DNA from: a virus
DNA: 55,987 nucleotides
Direction: 5' to 3' (one strand)
IMG/VR virus record: IMGVR_UViG_3300023106_000004
Span: 1-55,987 of that record
The notes below the pieces were generated by a model, which worked only from the letters and a program-made list of their open reading frames with translations, searched no databases and was not told the DNA's origin. Both the position numbers and the translations under genes were made by a program. Shown one piece after another: positions 40,487 through 49,894 of this stretch (positions are counted from its first letter, which is position 1; the number at the start of each line of letters is the position of its first letter).

Positions 40487-41367
40487 TTGCGTGGCTGCAA
40501 CCTAGACATTGGGAAAGGCGCTACGGCAATTTTCTCAAAAAGACCAATGCAGAATTGCGTAGGGAATTCTTAGCGCGCTTAGGTCATATTATCAAACTAC
40601 AAACGTTAGCTAGTTATCAGGAATCGTTAGTTGATGATACGCAATTAATCATTAATCAAAATAAAATTCAAGAAGAAACTAACAATTTACTTCTTTGGTG
40701 GAGTGGTAGAAAGCCTGAAGTTTTATATACGATTGCAGGATATTTTAGCGTTGTAAATATTTATAACGATAAACAGTTTCGCGCAGTTGTTAGAAGTGCA
40801 ACAGGTTTATCTATTCCACCGACGCAATCTGTAGGTTATGAAGTCGGTTCTTTATATTCGTCACCTACTGATATTCTAAATAAATTTGGTGAAGCTGCTG
40901 ACGTATACAGAACTGAACCATTTTTAAACGGTTTGTCTGAAAACTGGAAAGCTGTACAGGAAACTTATATTGATAAAACGGTACAACAAACTATTTCAGA
41001 AGCTGTTTTAACAGTTAGAAACGGTTTAGTAACTTCTGCTGTTGCAAAAACCATTTTAAACGCAGTTAATACTAAGTTTGAAAGTGTTGACAAACGTGTT
41101 AATTCGTTTGGTTCACAACAAATTGATAAGTTAGATAATCAACTAACTAGTAAACGTCAACAGTCATTAGGTCTAAATCAATATGTTTGGGATACCCGTA
41201 AAGATGAAAGAGTGCGGGGCGATCCTACCGGTTTATATCCAAACTCTAAACCTTCTCATTACGCTAGACAGAATGACATTTACAGTTGGAATAATCCACC
41301 TGAAGGCGGACACCCTGGCGAAGCTGAAGGCTGTAGGTGCCGTCCGTTAATTCGACTGCCTAGATAA
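40483..41367 (+). CDS. head morphogenesis protein (Mu F / SPP1 gp7 family)
   Basis: C-terminal HYARQND...PPEGGHPGEAEGCRCRP resembles the HPNCRC signature; position after the portal. Confidence 0.75.
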   Translation: MIAWLQPRHWERRYGNFLKKTNAELRREFLARLGHIIKLQTLASYQESLVDDTQLIINQNKIQEETNNLLLWWSGRKPEVLYTIAGYFSVVNIYNDKQFRAVVRSATGLSIPPTQSVGYEVGSLYSSPTDILNKFGEAADVYRTEPFLNGLSENWKAVQETYIDKTVQQTISEAVLTVRNGLVTSAVAKTILNAVNTKFESVDKRVNSFGSQQIDKLDNQLTSKRQQSLGLNQYVWDTRKDERVRGDPTGLYPNSKPSHYARQNDIYSWNNPPEGGHPGEAEGCRCRPLIRLPR

Positions 41368-41412
41368 AAATATTTTGTGCAACTGCCCACAATCGGTTAT
41401 ATACTCGCGCAC

Positions 41413-42489
41413 ATGGTCACCAAAACACGATTTGATTACGTAGAATTAAAAGTCAAAAAGACTGACGAAGGGTTTATTTTAGATAGCCCTAACGTTGCTC
41501 GCACTGGCATTTTGACCTATCGTAACGATGATGGATCAATGCGGCGTGAGTTGCGTTTACCGGAAGACGTTTTCCATACCGATGCTTTAAATAGCTTCAA
41601 AGGAAAACCCGTAACGGTAGATCATCCGAAAGGATTAGTAACGCATGCTGATATTGATAAATATCAAATTGGTACGATGTTATCCGCTGGCCGTCAGGAC
41701 GGCGATAACGTACTGGCTGATATTGTTATTCATCAACCTGGTAAAATTGGTGAACGTCGTCAATTATCGTTAGGTTATAATGTAGATTTAGACGAAACGC
41801 CCGGTGAATGGAATGGACAAAAATACGATGCTATTCAGCGTAATATTCGCGTTAATCATTTGTCGGTAGTGAAAAGCGCCCGCGCTGGTGCGCAAGCTCG
41901 TTTGAATATGGATTCAGACGAAGAACCTTTATTAACGGAAGTAAATCAAATGCCTAAAATTCGCTTGGATTCTGGTATTGAATACGAAGCCGCACCGGAA
42001 GTTATTGTTGCAGTTGAAAAGCTGCGCATTGACGCTACGGCGCTGGCAGATGTAGTCAAGACCAAAGATACTGCTATTGCAACCCTTACGGGTGAACGTG
42101 ACACGCTTAAAGCGCGTGTTGATGGTTTGCCCGCTGAAATTGAAAAGGCTCGCACTGATGCAGCCGCTGAAATTGAAGCACACAATAAGCTGGTTGCAGT
42201 TGCAACTAAGTTTAACGTTGATTCTAAGGATAAAACCGCAGATCAAATTAAACATGCTGTGATTCAAAAGTTCAATAAAGACTTTGACCCTAAAGACAAG
42301 TCGGCTGAATATGTGCAAGCTGCATTTGATATTGCAGTTTCTAGTTTCAAGACTGATGCGATCGCAACGCAACGTCAAACGGTTAACTCTACCCAAAAAG
42401 TTAATAACGATGGCGATGATAAAAAGGTTGATCCCCGCGAAGCATATATTGCAACGTTGGGTTCTAATGGCACTAAGGCTAAGGAATAA
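41413..42489 (+). CDS. scaffolding protein (DUF2213-like N-terminus, coiled-coil C-terminus)
   Basis: EGFILDSPNVARTGILTYRNDDG resembles the DUF2213 start; long Ala/Glu/Lys coiled-coil half; lies between the portal module and the capsid gene. The start may instead be GTG at 41377. Confidence 0.55.
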   Translation: MVTKTRFDYVELKVKKTDEGFILDSPNVARTGILTYRNDDGSMRRELRLPEDVFHTDALNSFKGKPVTVDHPKGLVTHADIDKYQIGTMLSAGRQDGDNVLADIVIHQPGKIGERRQLSLGYNVDLDETPGEWNGQKYDAIQRNIRVNHLSVVKSARAGAQARLNMDSDEEPLLTEVNQMPKIRLDSGIEYEAAPEVIVAVEKLRIDATALADVVKTKDTAIATLTGERDTLKARVDGLPAEIEKARTDAAAEIEAHNKLVAVATKFNVDSKDKTADQIKHAVIQKFNKDFDPKDKSAEYVQAAFDIAVSSFKTDAIATQRQTVNSTQKVNNDGDDKKVDPREAYIATLGSNGTKAKE

Positions 42490-42491
42490 TC

Positions 42492-42977
42492 ATGCAATTA
42501 AGCTACACTCAATATCCGTTGCCCTTAGCCCTGGGTAATATTTACGATACGTCTTTACGTCAAATCGATAGCTTCATTGCGCAAGGTGCCGTAGGCATTG
42601 CTAAGGCTGTCGTTTTGGGCACGGCTAAGGAAAGCGCCACCAAGCGCGGTCAAGTCGTGCAAGCCGGTACGGGCGCAGGTCAAGGCGCATTGATCGCTGG
42701 TATCACCATTGTTTCGCTGACGGTTGAACAAAGTTCCGCTGGTCTGGTGCAATACGCGGATAAAGATACCGTGCCAGTTATGACCAAAGGCCGGGTTGTG
42801 GTTGAAACCAATGACGCAGTAGTTGCCGGTTCGGTTGCTAACTTCCATCTTGCTACTGGTAAATGGACCGATGAAGCCGTGGCTGCTGGTATTGAAGCTA
42901 CCGTTTTAATTAAAGTGCGATTCATTACTGGCACTACTGCTGCCGGTTTGGCCGCTGTTGAAGTTACCAAGCAATAA
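42492..42977 (+). CDS. capsid-associated protein (decoration/cement-like, function uncertain)
   Basis: 161-aa Gly/Ala/Val-rich protein between the scaffold and major capsid genes. Confidence 0.45.
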   Translation: MQLSYTQYPLPLALGNIYDTSLRQIDSFIAQGAVGIAKAVVLGTAKESATKRGQVVQAGTGAGQGALIAGITIVSLTVEQSSAGLVQYADKDTVPVMTKGRVVVETNDAVVAGSVANFHLATGKWTDEAVAAGIEATVLIKVRFITGTTAAGLAAVEVTKQ

Positions 42978-42986
42978 GAGGATACC

Positions 42987-43967
42987 ATGCCTAATACACA
43001 ACGTTACGATGAAGATTTAGCCGATATTGAAGCGGCTATTCCAAGTGCTGGCGGTGCCCGATTAGATGCTAATGAAAGCGTTTTCTTCGCCCGCCAATTA
43101 GAATACATCCGTTCTAAGATTTACGAAATCAAGCGCGTTCGTATGAGCGCATTGGAAGTATTTCCAATTGATCGTTCGATTCCTGAATGGGCTGAAACCA
43201 TTACGTATCGCATGTACGATGCAACTGGTATTGCTAAAATCATTGCGTCTTACGCTGATGATTTGCCAATGGTTGGCGTTAGTGCTCAAGAGTTTGCATC
43301 TAAGGTTAAAACCCTTGGTGATGCATACGGTTGGTCTACCGCTGAATTGCGCGCAGCCGCTGCAACTAATATGCCATTGAAGGCCACCAAAGCCACTATG
43401 GCTAAAAAGGGTCACGATATCGCAACGAATGAAATTGCATGGTTTGGCGATGCGAATTCTGGTTTGCCGGGTTTCCTGAGCAATACCAACATTCCAGTTT
43501 GGACGGTTCCGTCCGATGGTACGGGTTCTAGCAAGCTGTTTTCTAATAAGACGCCCGATCAAATTATCCGTGATTTGTCAGCCTTTGTGAATTCGGTCAA
43601 GTCCCAATCCAAGGGTGTGCATCGCGCTACTGAACTGTGGTTACCCGATGACGAATATACGTACATTTCTAGTACTCTGCGCGGTGCTTACAATTCCGAT
43701 TCGATCCTGAAAACGTTCCTTACGAATAACCCTGGTGTTATCGTGCGTCAACTTATCGAATTGGCCGATGTTGCAACCTACAGTAACTTAAACGTTATGG
43801 TTGCAATTGAAAATACTGAAGAAAATCTGCAACTGGTGTTGCCGATGGCCTTTAAGGAATATCCCCCACAGCCTAATAACCTGTCGTGGAAAGTTCCGTG
43901 CGAGTCGCGTATCGGTGGTGTGATCGTGGAATATCCTTTTGCAATGGCTATTGCATCGGGTATTTAA
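42987..43967 (+). CDS. major capsid protein (DUF2184-type)
   Basis: FFARQLEYIRSKIYE...DDLPMVGVS...YGWSTAELRAA...IAWFGDANSGLPGFLS matches the DUF2184 capsid pattern; followed by a strong terminator. Confidence 0.8.
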   Translation: MPNTQRYDEDLADIEAAIPSAGGARLDANESVFFARQLEYIRSKIYEIKRVRMSALEVFPIDRSIPEWAETITYRMYDATGIAKIIASYADDLPMVGVSAQEFASKVKTLGDAYGWSTAELRAAAATNMPLKATKATMAKKGHDIATNEIAWFGDANSGLPGFLSNTNIPVWTVPSDGTGSSKLFSNKTPDQIIRDLSAFVNSVKSQSKGVHRATELWLPDDEYTYISSTLRGAYNSDSILKTFLTNNPGVIVRQLIELADVATYSNLNVMVAIENTEENLQLVLPMAFKEYPPQPNNLSWKVPCESRIGGVIVEYPFAMAIASGI

Positions 43968-43975
43968 TTTAAAAC

Positions 43976-44024
43976 GGCCCTATAAAAGCTTGCATCACTG
44001 TGGGCATTTATAGGGCCTTATTTT
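43976..44024 (+). terminator. 11-bp perfect stem-loop plus T tract after the capsid gene; the loop carries CTGTGGGCA
   Basis: GGCCCTATAAA (43976..43986) pairs with TTTATAGGGCC (44007..44017); the 20-nt loop ends with the motif (43998..44006); followed by TTATTTT. Confidence 0.6.
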
Positions 44025-44036
44025 GGAGTTTATAAA

Positions 44037-44321
44037 ATGGCTAATGAAGAACTAACCTATTTTAACGTTAAGAATAAAAGTATTCGCCTTGTCCATATCG
44101 GCGGTGTTTCTATTCCACCTGAAAAAGTGGTTGCGGTATTGGATGATGAAAAGGGTATTAATCGTATTGACGTCGAAGGTTCGGAATATCTGGAAGAAAC
44201 CGACGAAGAGGTTAGCGATATGCCCACAGTAGAAGCTGAAAAGCCGAAAGCTACTAAGAAGGCCGCTAAAACCGAAACCGCTACTAAGACGGCTACTGGT
44301 GCAGGTTGGAATTCTAAGTAA
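44037..44321 (+). CDS. hypothetical acidic protein with Lys/Ala/Thr-rich tail (94 aa)
   Basis: GGAG RBS; track ORF. Confidence 0.55.
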   Translation: MANEELTYFNVKNKSIRLVHIGGVSIPPEKVVAVLDDEKGINRIDVEGSEYLEETDEEVSDMPTVEAEKPKATKKAAKTETATKTATGAGWNSK

Positions 44322-44328
44322 TTGACGT

Positions 44329-44715
44329 ATGAGCACACCACTAGAATATTTTAGGCAATTTGCATCGGAATTTAATCAAATTCCAGATGGTACGGTGGAT
44401 GCTTGGATTAATAGCGCAAAAGTAATTATTGCAGCTACTGAGTACGTTACTGAAAAGTCTAAATTAAGTTTAGCTTTATACGGTGCGCATTTATGCTGGA
44501 TCAATCGTTATCCTGCGTCTGGTGGTGGTTCACGCGGCAATGTAATTTCTGAAAAAGACGATAAGTTAGAACGTAAATATAGGCCGATTCAAGGTAGTGA
44601 TACGCCTTTAGGTCAATCGCCTTACGGTCAACAATATATTGAGTTGACGGGCAGTAATGTTAGACGCGCAGCAATTTTAACAAGATTTGGAACAGGATTA
44701 ACAAATGGGTACTAA
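44329..44715 (+). CDS. head-tail connector protein (DUF4054-like)
   Basis: YFRQFASEFNQIPD...ALYGAHLCWIN resembles the DUF4054 pattern. Confidence 0.55.
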   Translation: MSTPLEYFRQFASEFNQIPDGTVDAWINSAKVIIAATEYVTEKSKLSLALYGAHLCWINRYPASGGGSRGNVISEKDDKLERKYRPIQGSDTPLGQSPYGQQYIELTGSNVRRAAILTRFGTGLTNGY

Positions 44716-45337
44716 AACTAATTATCTGCGAAATAAACTGGTTGATTGGTTTTGGCGTGCCCAAACGTTCACGCCGCCAGCAACGCATTATTTTGGTCTG
44801 TTGACTAGCACTAAAGGTGCACGCGCTAACTCTACTGCATATGCTCTTAACGATACACTATCGTTAACGGCAAATGATGGTAAAACCCATTTGTATAAAG
44901 TCACCACGGCAGGCACATCCGCCGCCGCACAATCGACGCTCTACCCTGGCGTTGACGGTGAAGCCATCACAGATGGCACGATGGTAGCCACTGAGCAAGC
45001 CGCCGCCCTGCGCGCTGGCACTGCCGTAGAGGTTTCCGGGGGTTCCTATGCTCGCGTGGCCGTTACGGCGTCCCTGGCGAACTTTGCAGGCACGCAGTCG
45101 GCAGGCTCTACTTCTGCATCATCGGGCACAACTGGTTTAACCAGTAATAACGCTGCAATTACTTGGCCTGCGCCTACTGCCAATTGGGGTTTCGTTTGGG
45201 GTGTTGCAACTTATGATGCATCCACTACAGGTAACCCATTAGAGTATGGCGGTTTAACTACGGTTAAAACGGTCAATAATGGTGACGCTGCACCTAGCTA
45301 CCCAATCGCCGCATTTACTGCAACTGAAGACGTTTAA
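44705..45337 (+). CDS. virion structural protein (unknown role)
   Basis: Track ORF in the head-tail module; contains a G+C-rich internal patch. Confidence 0.5.
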   Translation: MGTKTNYLRNKLVDWFWRAQTFTPPATHYFGLLTSTKGARANSTAYALNDTLSLTANDGKTHLYKVTTAGTSAAAQSTLYPGVDGEAITDGTMVATEQAAALRAGTAVEVSGGSYARVAVTASLANFAGTQSAGSTSASSGTTGLTSNNAAITWPAPTANWGFVWGVATYDASTTGNPLEYGGLTTVKTVNNGDAAPSYPIAAFTATEDV

Positions 45338-45353
45338 TAATTAAAAGGTTCAC

Positions 45354-45677
45354 ATGGCTACATATTCTGAGTTGGCGGCTGTCGCTGCTGATAGAACATC
45401 GCAAACCGAAGCTTTACGGGTTCGGATTCAGGTAGCTTCAGTATTAGCATGTGAAGCTATTAGACAAGAGGTTGTAACTACACCTAACCATGCTGCGCGG
45501 GTAGCATGGGCAGTTAACGTAATGAATAGCCCCGGTGCGTGGCAAGATCGCGTACTGTGGGCAGTATTGGCGCAAAACTCTACTGCTACCACTGCACAAA
45601 TTTTAGCTGCTGATGATGCAACCGTGTTAGCTAAAGTTTTATTAGCTGTAAACCTGTTAGCTGGTGGCATTGCATAA
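45354..45677 (+). CDS. hypothetical structural-module protein (107 aa)
   Basis: Track ORF. Confidence 0.55.
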   Translation: MATYSELAAVAADRTSQTEALRVRIQVASVLACEAIRQEVVTTPNHAARVAWAVNVMNSPGAWQDRVLWAVLAQNSTATTAQILAADDATVLAKVLLAVNLLAGGIA

Positions 45678-46189
45678 TGGCTGACATTAAAGTTAAATAT
45701 CCTGCAAATAGCACAGTAGCATTAACCCATGCGCTGGCTAGTTTAGCATCAGACACTAATTTATTAGCCGGTCGTGCTAGTACGGCAGTTGATAATACAT
45801 CCAATCAAGATTTGGACCATTTGTTAAGTGGTGTTATTCGTATGGGTTCTACCCCTACAGTAAATACTCAAATTGAAGTTTGGATTTATGCGCCAATTTC
45901 TATTGCATCGGGCACACCTACTTATCCCGATGGAATTACCGGAACTGATGCTGCTAAAACAATGACTAGTGCAAATGTTAAATTTTCTGCATTGCGATTA
46001 GCTACTACAATCATTGTAGACGCTACCGCTAGTAGAGATTTTTCGATTGCCCCTATCAGTATTGCCGGTTTATTTGGTGGCGTATTGCCGCCATTTTGGG
46101 GCGTATTTCTTACACAAAATACCGGTGCAGCATTAAATGCAACACAAGTTGCATTGCAATATAATCGCATTCAATCTCAGACGGTATAA
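45677..46189 (+). CDS. hypothetical structural-module protein (170 aa)
   Basis: Track ORF, TAATG coupling. Confidence 0.55.
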   Translation: MADIKVKYPANSTVALTHALASLASDTNLLAGRASTAVDNTSNQDLDHLLSGVIRMGSTPTVNTQIEVWIYAPISIASGTPTYPDGITGTDAAKTMTSANVKFSALRLATTIIVDATASRDFSIAPISIAGLFGGVLPPFWGVFLTQNTGAALNATQVALQYNRIQSQTV

Positions 46190-46192
46190 ATT

Positions 46193-47953
46193 GTGGCTGG
46201 AAATATATTCCCGGCTGTGCGTAGACAACTACCGCAAACCCTCACCCCAATTAATTGGAACAATCCAATTACAAGAGGTTTGGCAGAATGCCTTACAGGC
46301 GGTATAGATCACGTAAATGGAATACCGTTAGAATCCCGCCTTAATATCGGTATTAATCGATCCGGTTTGTTAGTTAGCGGACAGGGCTCGCATCGCCCTA
46401 ATTCTGATGTATCGCCAGTTACTGTTATTGGTCATCATCGAATAACTTTCGATAACAGCGACTACGGCGGAATTCTTTACGGGTTCTATTACGATGGTTC
46501 GGACAACTCACAATTTGGAATGAGTTTCGCCGATGGTGTCATATATTGGATTAACCGTGCAAACAGTAGCATAGTTACCGTAATCGGTAGTTACACACTA
46601 GGTCAGGATAGTGTTTACGGGTTGACTGGTGTTCTAGGCAGCGGTGCCGATGCTACAGCCTATAGGGATGGAGTTGCCCTCGGTACGCCAGTACCTCAAT
46701 CTGGCAGCGGTGTGTTTGTCCCGGATTCGCGCCGGGTCATGTCCCAGGCAAGCTCCAATAGCGGCGCTACTGGTAAGTCATCGTCGTGGTTCTATCGGTT
46801 CACGCGGGTGCTGTCGGCGCGGGAAATGGCTTTACTTAGTGCCGATCCTGCACAAGTATTCATGCCTGTGCAAAAACGGTTGTTTATTCCCGTATCATCC
46901 GCACCGGCTGCAACTTTTCAAAGTGATCTTTTAACTAAGCATTTGGTATCAAGTAGTGTTGCCACTCAGATTTTATTAAACGCAGGTTTAATAAACAAAA
47001 ATTCTTTATCTGGTTCTTTAATTGGAATCAGTGCAAGTTTTGCCGCGTCGTTATTAAATAAAAATAATGTAACAGCTAACCTTTCCACAAGCGTTAGATT
47101 AGCTTCAGCATTAGCTAACAAAAATACAGTAACCTCTGCATTAAATGCATCAATTGCATTTGCGGCATCGCTGACAAATAAAAATGCGATAACGTCGGCA
47201 TTAAATACAAGCATTGCATTAGCAAGTCAGCTAAATAATTATAATTTAATTATTTCCAATTTGGCCGGTACTGGTGCCACTTTTGGAAGTTCATTAAATA
47301 ATAAGAATGAAATTACATCTAGTTTATTAAGTGCTATTAATCTTGCCAGTAGTCATAATAACTATAATACTATTGTATCAGCGTTAACTACGCAAGCCGC
47401 AGGCTTAACTAGTAGTTTAGCCGCTAGAAACTTATTAGTATCAGATATTTTAACGGCGGTTCGTTTAGCATCTTCAGTATCTTCTAAGAATGATATTACG
47501 GCGGCTTTTGGTACTAATGCCGCTTTATTTTCTTCTAACTTACAAAACTATAATTTAATATCGTCGATATTATCTAGTCTGTCAATTTCTCTGTCTAGTT
47601 CGATTCAAAGTAAATCGACTATTCAAAGCAATTTGCAAACTCTGATTAAACTGGCGTCAGCATTACAATCTAAATCAAATATTCAATCACAGTTAGGCGC
47701 TCTAGCGAATGCGTTTGCTTCTAACTTAGAATCTAAATCGAAAATTGAATCTATATTGCAAACTGCAATTAGACTCAGTACTTTAATCGAATCTAAAAAT
47801 TCTATTACTGCACGTTTTGAAGTATTTGATTTAGGTAATTCGGTTCGTTATGCCTTTGTACCTAATTACAGCAACTTAGAATATTTAGGCCAAGAGAAAG
47901 ACTTAGCCCTTATAATGCAGGCGCTGAATCTTGATTTTCTAATGGGCGAATAA
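46193..47953 (+). CDS. LamG-like domain protein with long 20/21-residue-repeat fibre (possible neck/head fibre)
   Basis: The N-terminal ~220 aa look LamG-like (...AYRDGVALGT...WFYRFTRVLSAREMALLSADP), followed by 14 tandem units such as NKNAITSALNTSIALASQLN. GTG start. Confidence 0.6.
   Translation: MAGNIFPAVRRQLPQTLTPINWNNPITRGLAECLTGGIDHVNGIPLESRLNIGINRSGLLVSGQGSHRPNSDVSPVTVIGHHRITFDNSDYGGILYGFYYDGSDNSQFGMSFADGVIYWINRANSSIVTVIGSYTLGQDSVYGLTGVLGSGADATAYRDGVALGTPVPQSGSGVFVPDSRRVMSQASSNSGATGKSSSWFYRFTRVLSAREMALLSADPAQVFMPVQKRLFIPVSSAPAATFQSDLLTKHLVSSSVATQILLNAGLINKNSLSGSLIGISASFAASLLNKNNVTANLSTSVRLASALANKNTVTSALNASIAFAASLTNKNAITSALNTSIALASQLNNYNLIISNLAGTGATFGSSLNNKNEITSSLLSAINLASSHNNYNTIVSALTTQAAGLTSSLAARNLLVSDILTAVRLASSVSSKNDITAAFGTNAALFSSNLQNYNLISSILSSLSISLSSSIQSKSTIQSNLQTLIKLASALQSKSNIQSQLGALANAFASNLESKSKIESILQTAIRLSTLIESKNSITARFEVFDLGNSVRYAFVPNYSNLEYLGQEKDLALIMQALNLDFLMGE
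46934..47830 (+). repeat. in-frame tandem array, 14 units of 60/63 nt (20/21 aa) plus a partial unit
   Basis: Unit lengths read from the translation: 20,21,20,20,20,21,20,21,20,21,21,20,21,20 aa (286 aa in total). Confidence 0.7.
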
Positions 47954-48291
47954 TGAGCATTACAGAAACTGGCGATGCGTGGGATTTATCGAATCCGTTA
48001 AAGCCTATTGCAATACTTGATCCAAATGATATTTGGGATGTTCCGTTTTCAGTTGCACCTTTAGTTGCAGTTGTTGGATTCCCGTATGCATCTCATAGCA
48101 TTCTATGTGGTCCTGAATTAGAGTGCTCTACTAGTACGTTTGATGATATTGACACAATTACAGCTAGGTTCAAACAGGCTTCAGGGCAAGTTTTAGCCAC
48201 TGGTACTACTTATAGTGCAACTTTTCGCATTGTTTTAACTAATGGCGAAAGCCGAGATAAAACACTTTATTTTAAAATGAAGGCTCGATAA
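47953..48291 (+). CDS. hypothetical structural-module protein (112 aa)
   Basis: Track ORF, TAATG coupling. Confidence 0.55.
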   Translation: MSITETGDAWDLSNPLKPIAILDPNDIWDVPFSVAPLVAVVGFPYASHSILCGPELECSTSTFDDIDTITARFKQASGQVLATGTTYSATFRIVLTNGESRDKTLYFKMKAR

Positions 48292-48803
48292 TGGCACTAA
48301 TCGTTGAAACTGGTAATGGGGTTTCCGGTGCTAATTCGTATGTTGATTTAGCGTATGCGCGTGCCTATGCCGCGCAGCAAGGCTTAGACCTACCCGTTGT
48401 GGATGCAGATGCTGAAGTGCTGTTACATCAGGGTATGGCCGCTATTGAATCGTTCGGCGGAAAGTTTCAAGGCTTTAAAGCGGACGCGGACCAAGCTACG
48501 CAGTTTCCGCGAAGCCAAGTTTATTTAGACGGTTTTAAATTAAGCAATGATGTAATCCCTGAAACACTAAAAGTTGCTCAGGTTCGCGCCGCTATTTTTG
48601 TTGGTGAAGGTATAGACTTTTTCGCTACGGTTGACGGGCAATTAATTATTGAAGAAACCGTTGGACCTATTACAACAAAATATGGCGATGAATATTTTGC
48701 CACTATTGACGGTCAACCTATTTATAAAACAATTATTAGTTTCCTAGAACCTTTGCTAGTAAAGGATTCTGGTTATCGTTTAACTAGTAGGCACGGTTTC
48801 TAA
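48291..48803 (+). CDS. head-tail adaptor (DnaT-like / gp6-like connector family)
   Basis: MALIVETGNGVSGANSYVDLAYARAYAA is the typical N-terminus of this adaptor family. Confidence 0.55.
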   Translation: MALIVETGNGVSGANSYVDLAYARAYAAQQGLDLPVVDADAEVLLHQGMAAIESFGGKFQGFKADADQATQFPRSQVYLDGFKLSNDVIPETLKVAQVRAAIFVGEGIDFFATVDGQLIIEETVGPITTKYGDEYFATIDGQPIYKTIISFLEPLLVKDSGYRLTSRHGF

Positions 48804-49180
48804 TGGCTCGATTTGATAGACAAATCAAGACCGCGCTACGGTTGATCCAAAAGAACGGGCAAGCTGTAGCATGGGTTAAAACGGTGGATGCGATTCCAGA
48901 TGCGGATATGCCATGGTTACCTGTGGGCACAACGAACACGAATTTTGCACCGTACATTTGTTTCTTGCCATTAGATTTACAGGGTAAAGAGTTTTTGCAT
49001 GCGTTAGGGGTTACCGATGCATTTACAGGTACATATTACGGTTTAATGGGTAATGTACCTTTTGAACCGTTGGTTACTGACGTTGTTACTAGGGATGGCG
49101 TTAAATTGGATATTGCAAGTATTGATTTGCTTTCTCCAAACGGCCAAAAGATTTTATACACAATCATTTTTAATGGGTGA
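48803..49180 (+). CDS. head-closure / head-tail joining protein (tentative)
   Basis: Size and position; TAATG coupling. Confidence 0.4.
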   Translation: MARFDRQIKTALRLIQKNGQAVAWVKTVDAIPDADMPWLPVGTTNTNFAPYICFLPLDLQGKEFLHALGVTDAFTGTYYGLMGNVPFEPLVTDVVTRDGVKLDIASIDLLSPNGQKILYTIIFNG

Positions 49181-49183
49181 CAT

Positions 49184-49438
49184 ATGACTAAGAAACTTGT
49201 AAACGAAATTCTTTATTTTATTGTTGGCGAAGTTCCGACTAATAAAGAATTTGAAAAAGCTGAACCTTTTATGAATAAAGGTCCGTTTCTCGAATTCGTT
49301 AGTTTGGTTACTTTAGATTTGAATGCGCCGTTACGCGATAACGTTGGTGTAGCAGGTGCTGTACCTGATGCGTATAAACAATTTAAAGTGTTGGATGCTA
49401 CGCCGGTTAAAGTTAGCGAAGAAAAAGCTAAGAAATAA
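49184..49438 (+). CDS. hypothetical protein (84 aa)
   Basis: Track ORF. Confidence 0.5.
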   Translation: MTKKLVNEILYFIVGEVPTNKEFEKAEPFMNKGPFLEFVSLVTLDLNAPLRDNVGVAGAVPDAYKQFKVLDATPVKVSEEKAKK

Positions 49439-49884
49439 TGATAACGTCATATTCAATCGCTAGGAATGAGATATTCGGGCAATTGAATATCGTAAAACCG
49501 GCTTTGGCAACGCTGTTAGGCTATGCTCCGAAAATTATTTATCAAGGTGTTGAATCTAGCGATAAAATGCCCACAGATGGGCTTTGGATTCGCGCATCTA
49601 TGGTCACTGTTGACGAGAGCCAAGCAACATTACGTGATGATAACGGGCGACGTTATAACACTGATGGTATATTTTTTGCACAAATTTTTATTCCTAAAGT
49701 GCCTGTTGAAATGTATGACAAAGGTGTAAAAACGGCCGAAATAATCAAAAATGCTTATCGGGGTAAACAAACCGAAAGCTGTATATGGTTCAATCGGGTG
49801 CGAATTCAAGATAACATACCGTCCGAATCGGCTTGGTTCCGGCTTAATGTGGTTGCAGAATATCAATACGACGAAATAGGATAA
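49438..49884 (+). CDS. tail terminator-like protein (DUF4128-like)
   Basis: Pattern ...KIIYQGVE...DGLWIRASMV...GIFFAQIFIP...AWFRLNVVAEYQY; lies directly upstream of the major tail gene. Confidence 0.5.
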   Translation: MITSYSIARNEIFGQLNIVKPALATLLGYAPKIIYQGVESSDKMPTDGLWIRASMVTVDESQATLRDDNGRRYNTDGIFFAQIFIPKVPVEMYDKGVKTAEIIKNAYRGKQTESCIWFNRVRIQDNIPSESAWFRLNVVAEYQYDEIG

Positions 49885-49894
49885 AGGGGTTAAT

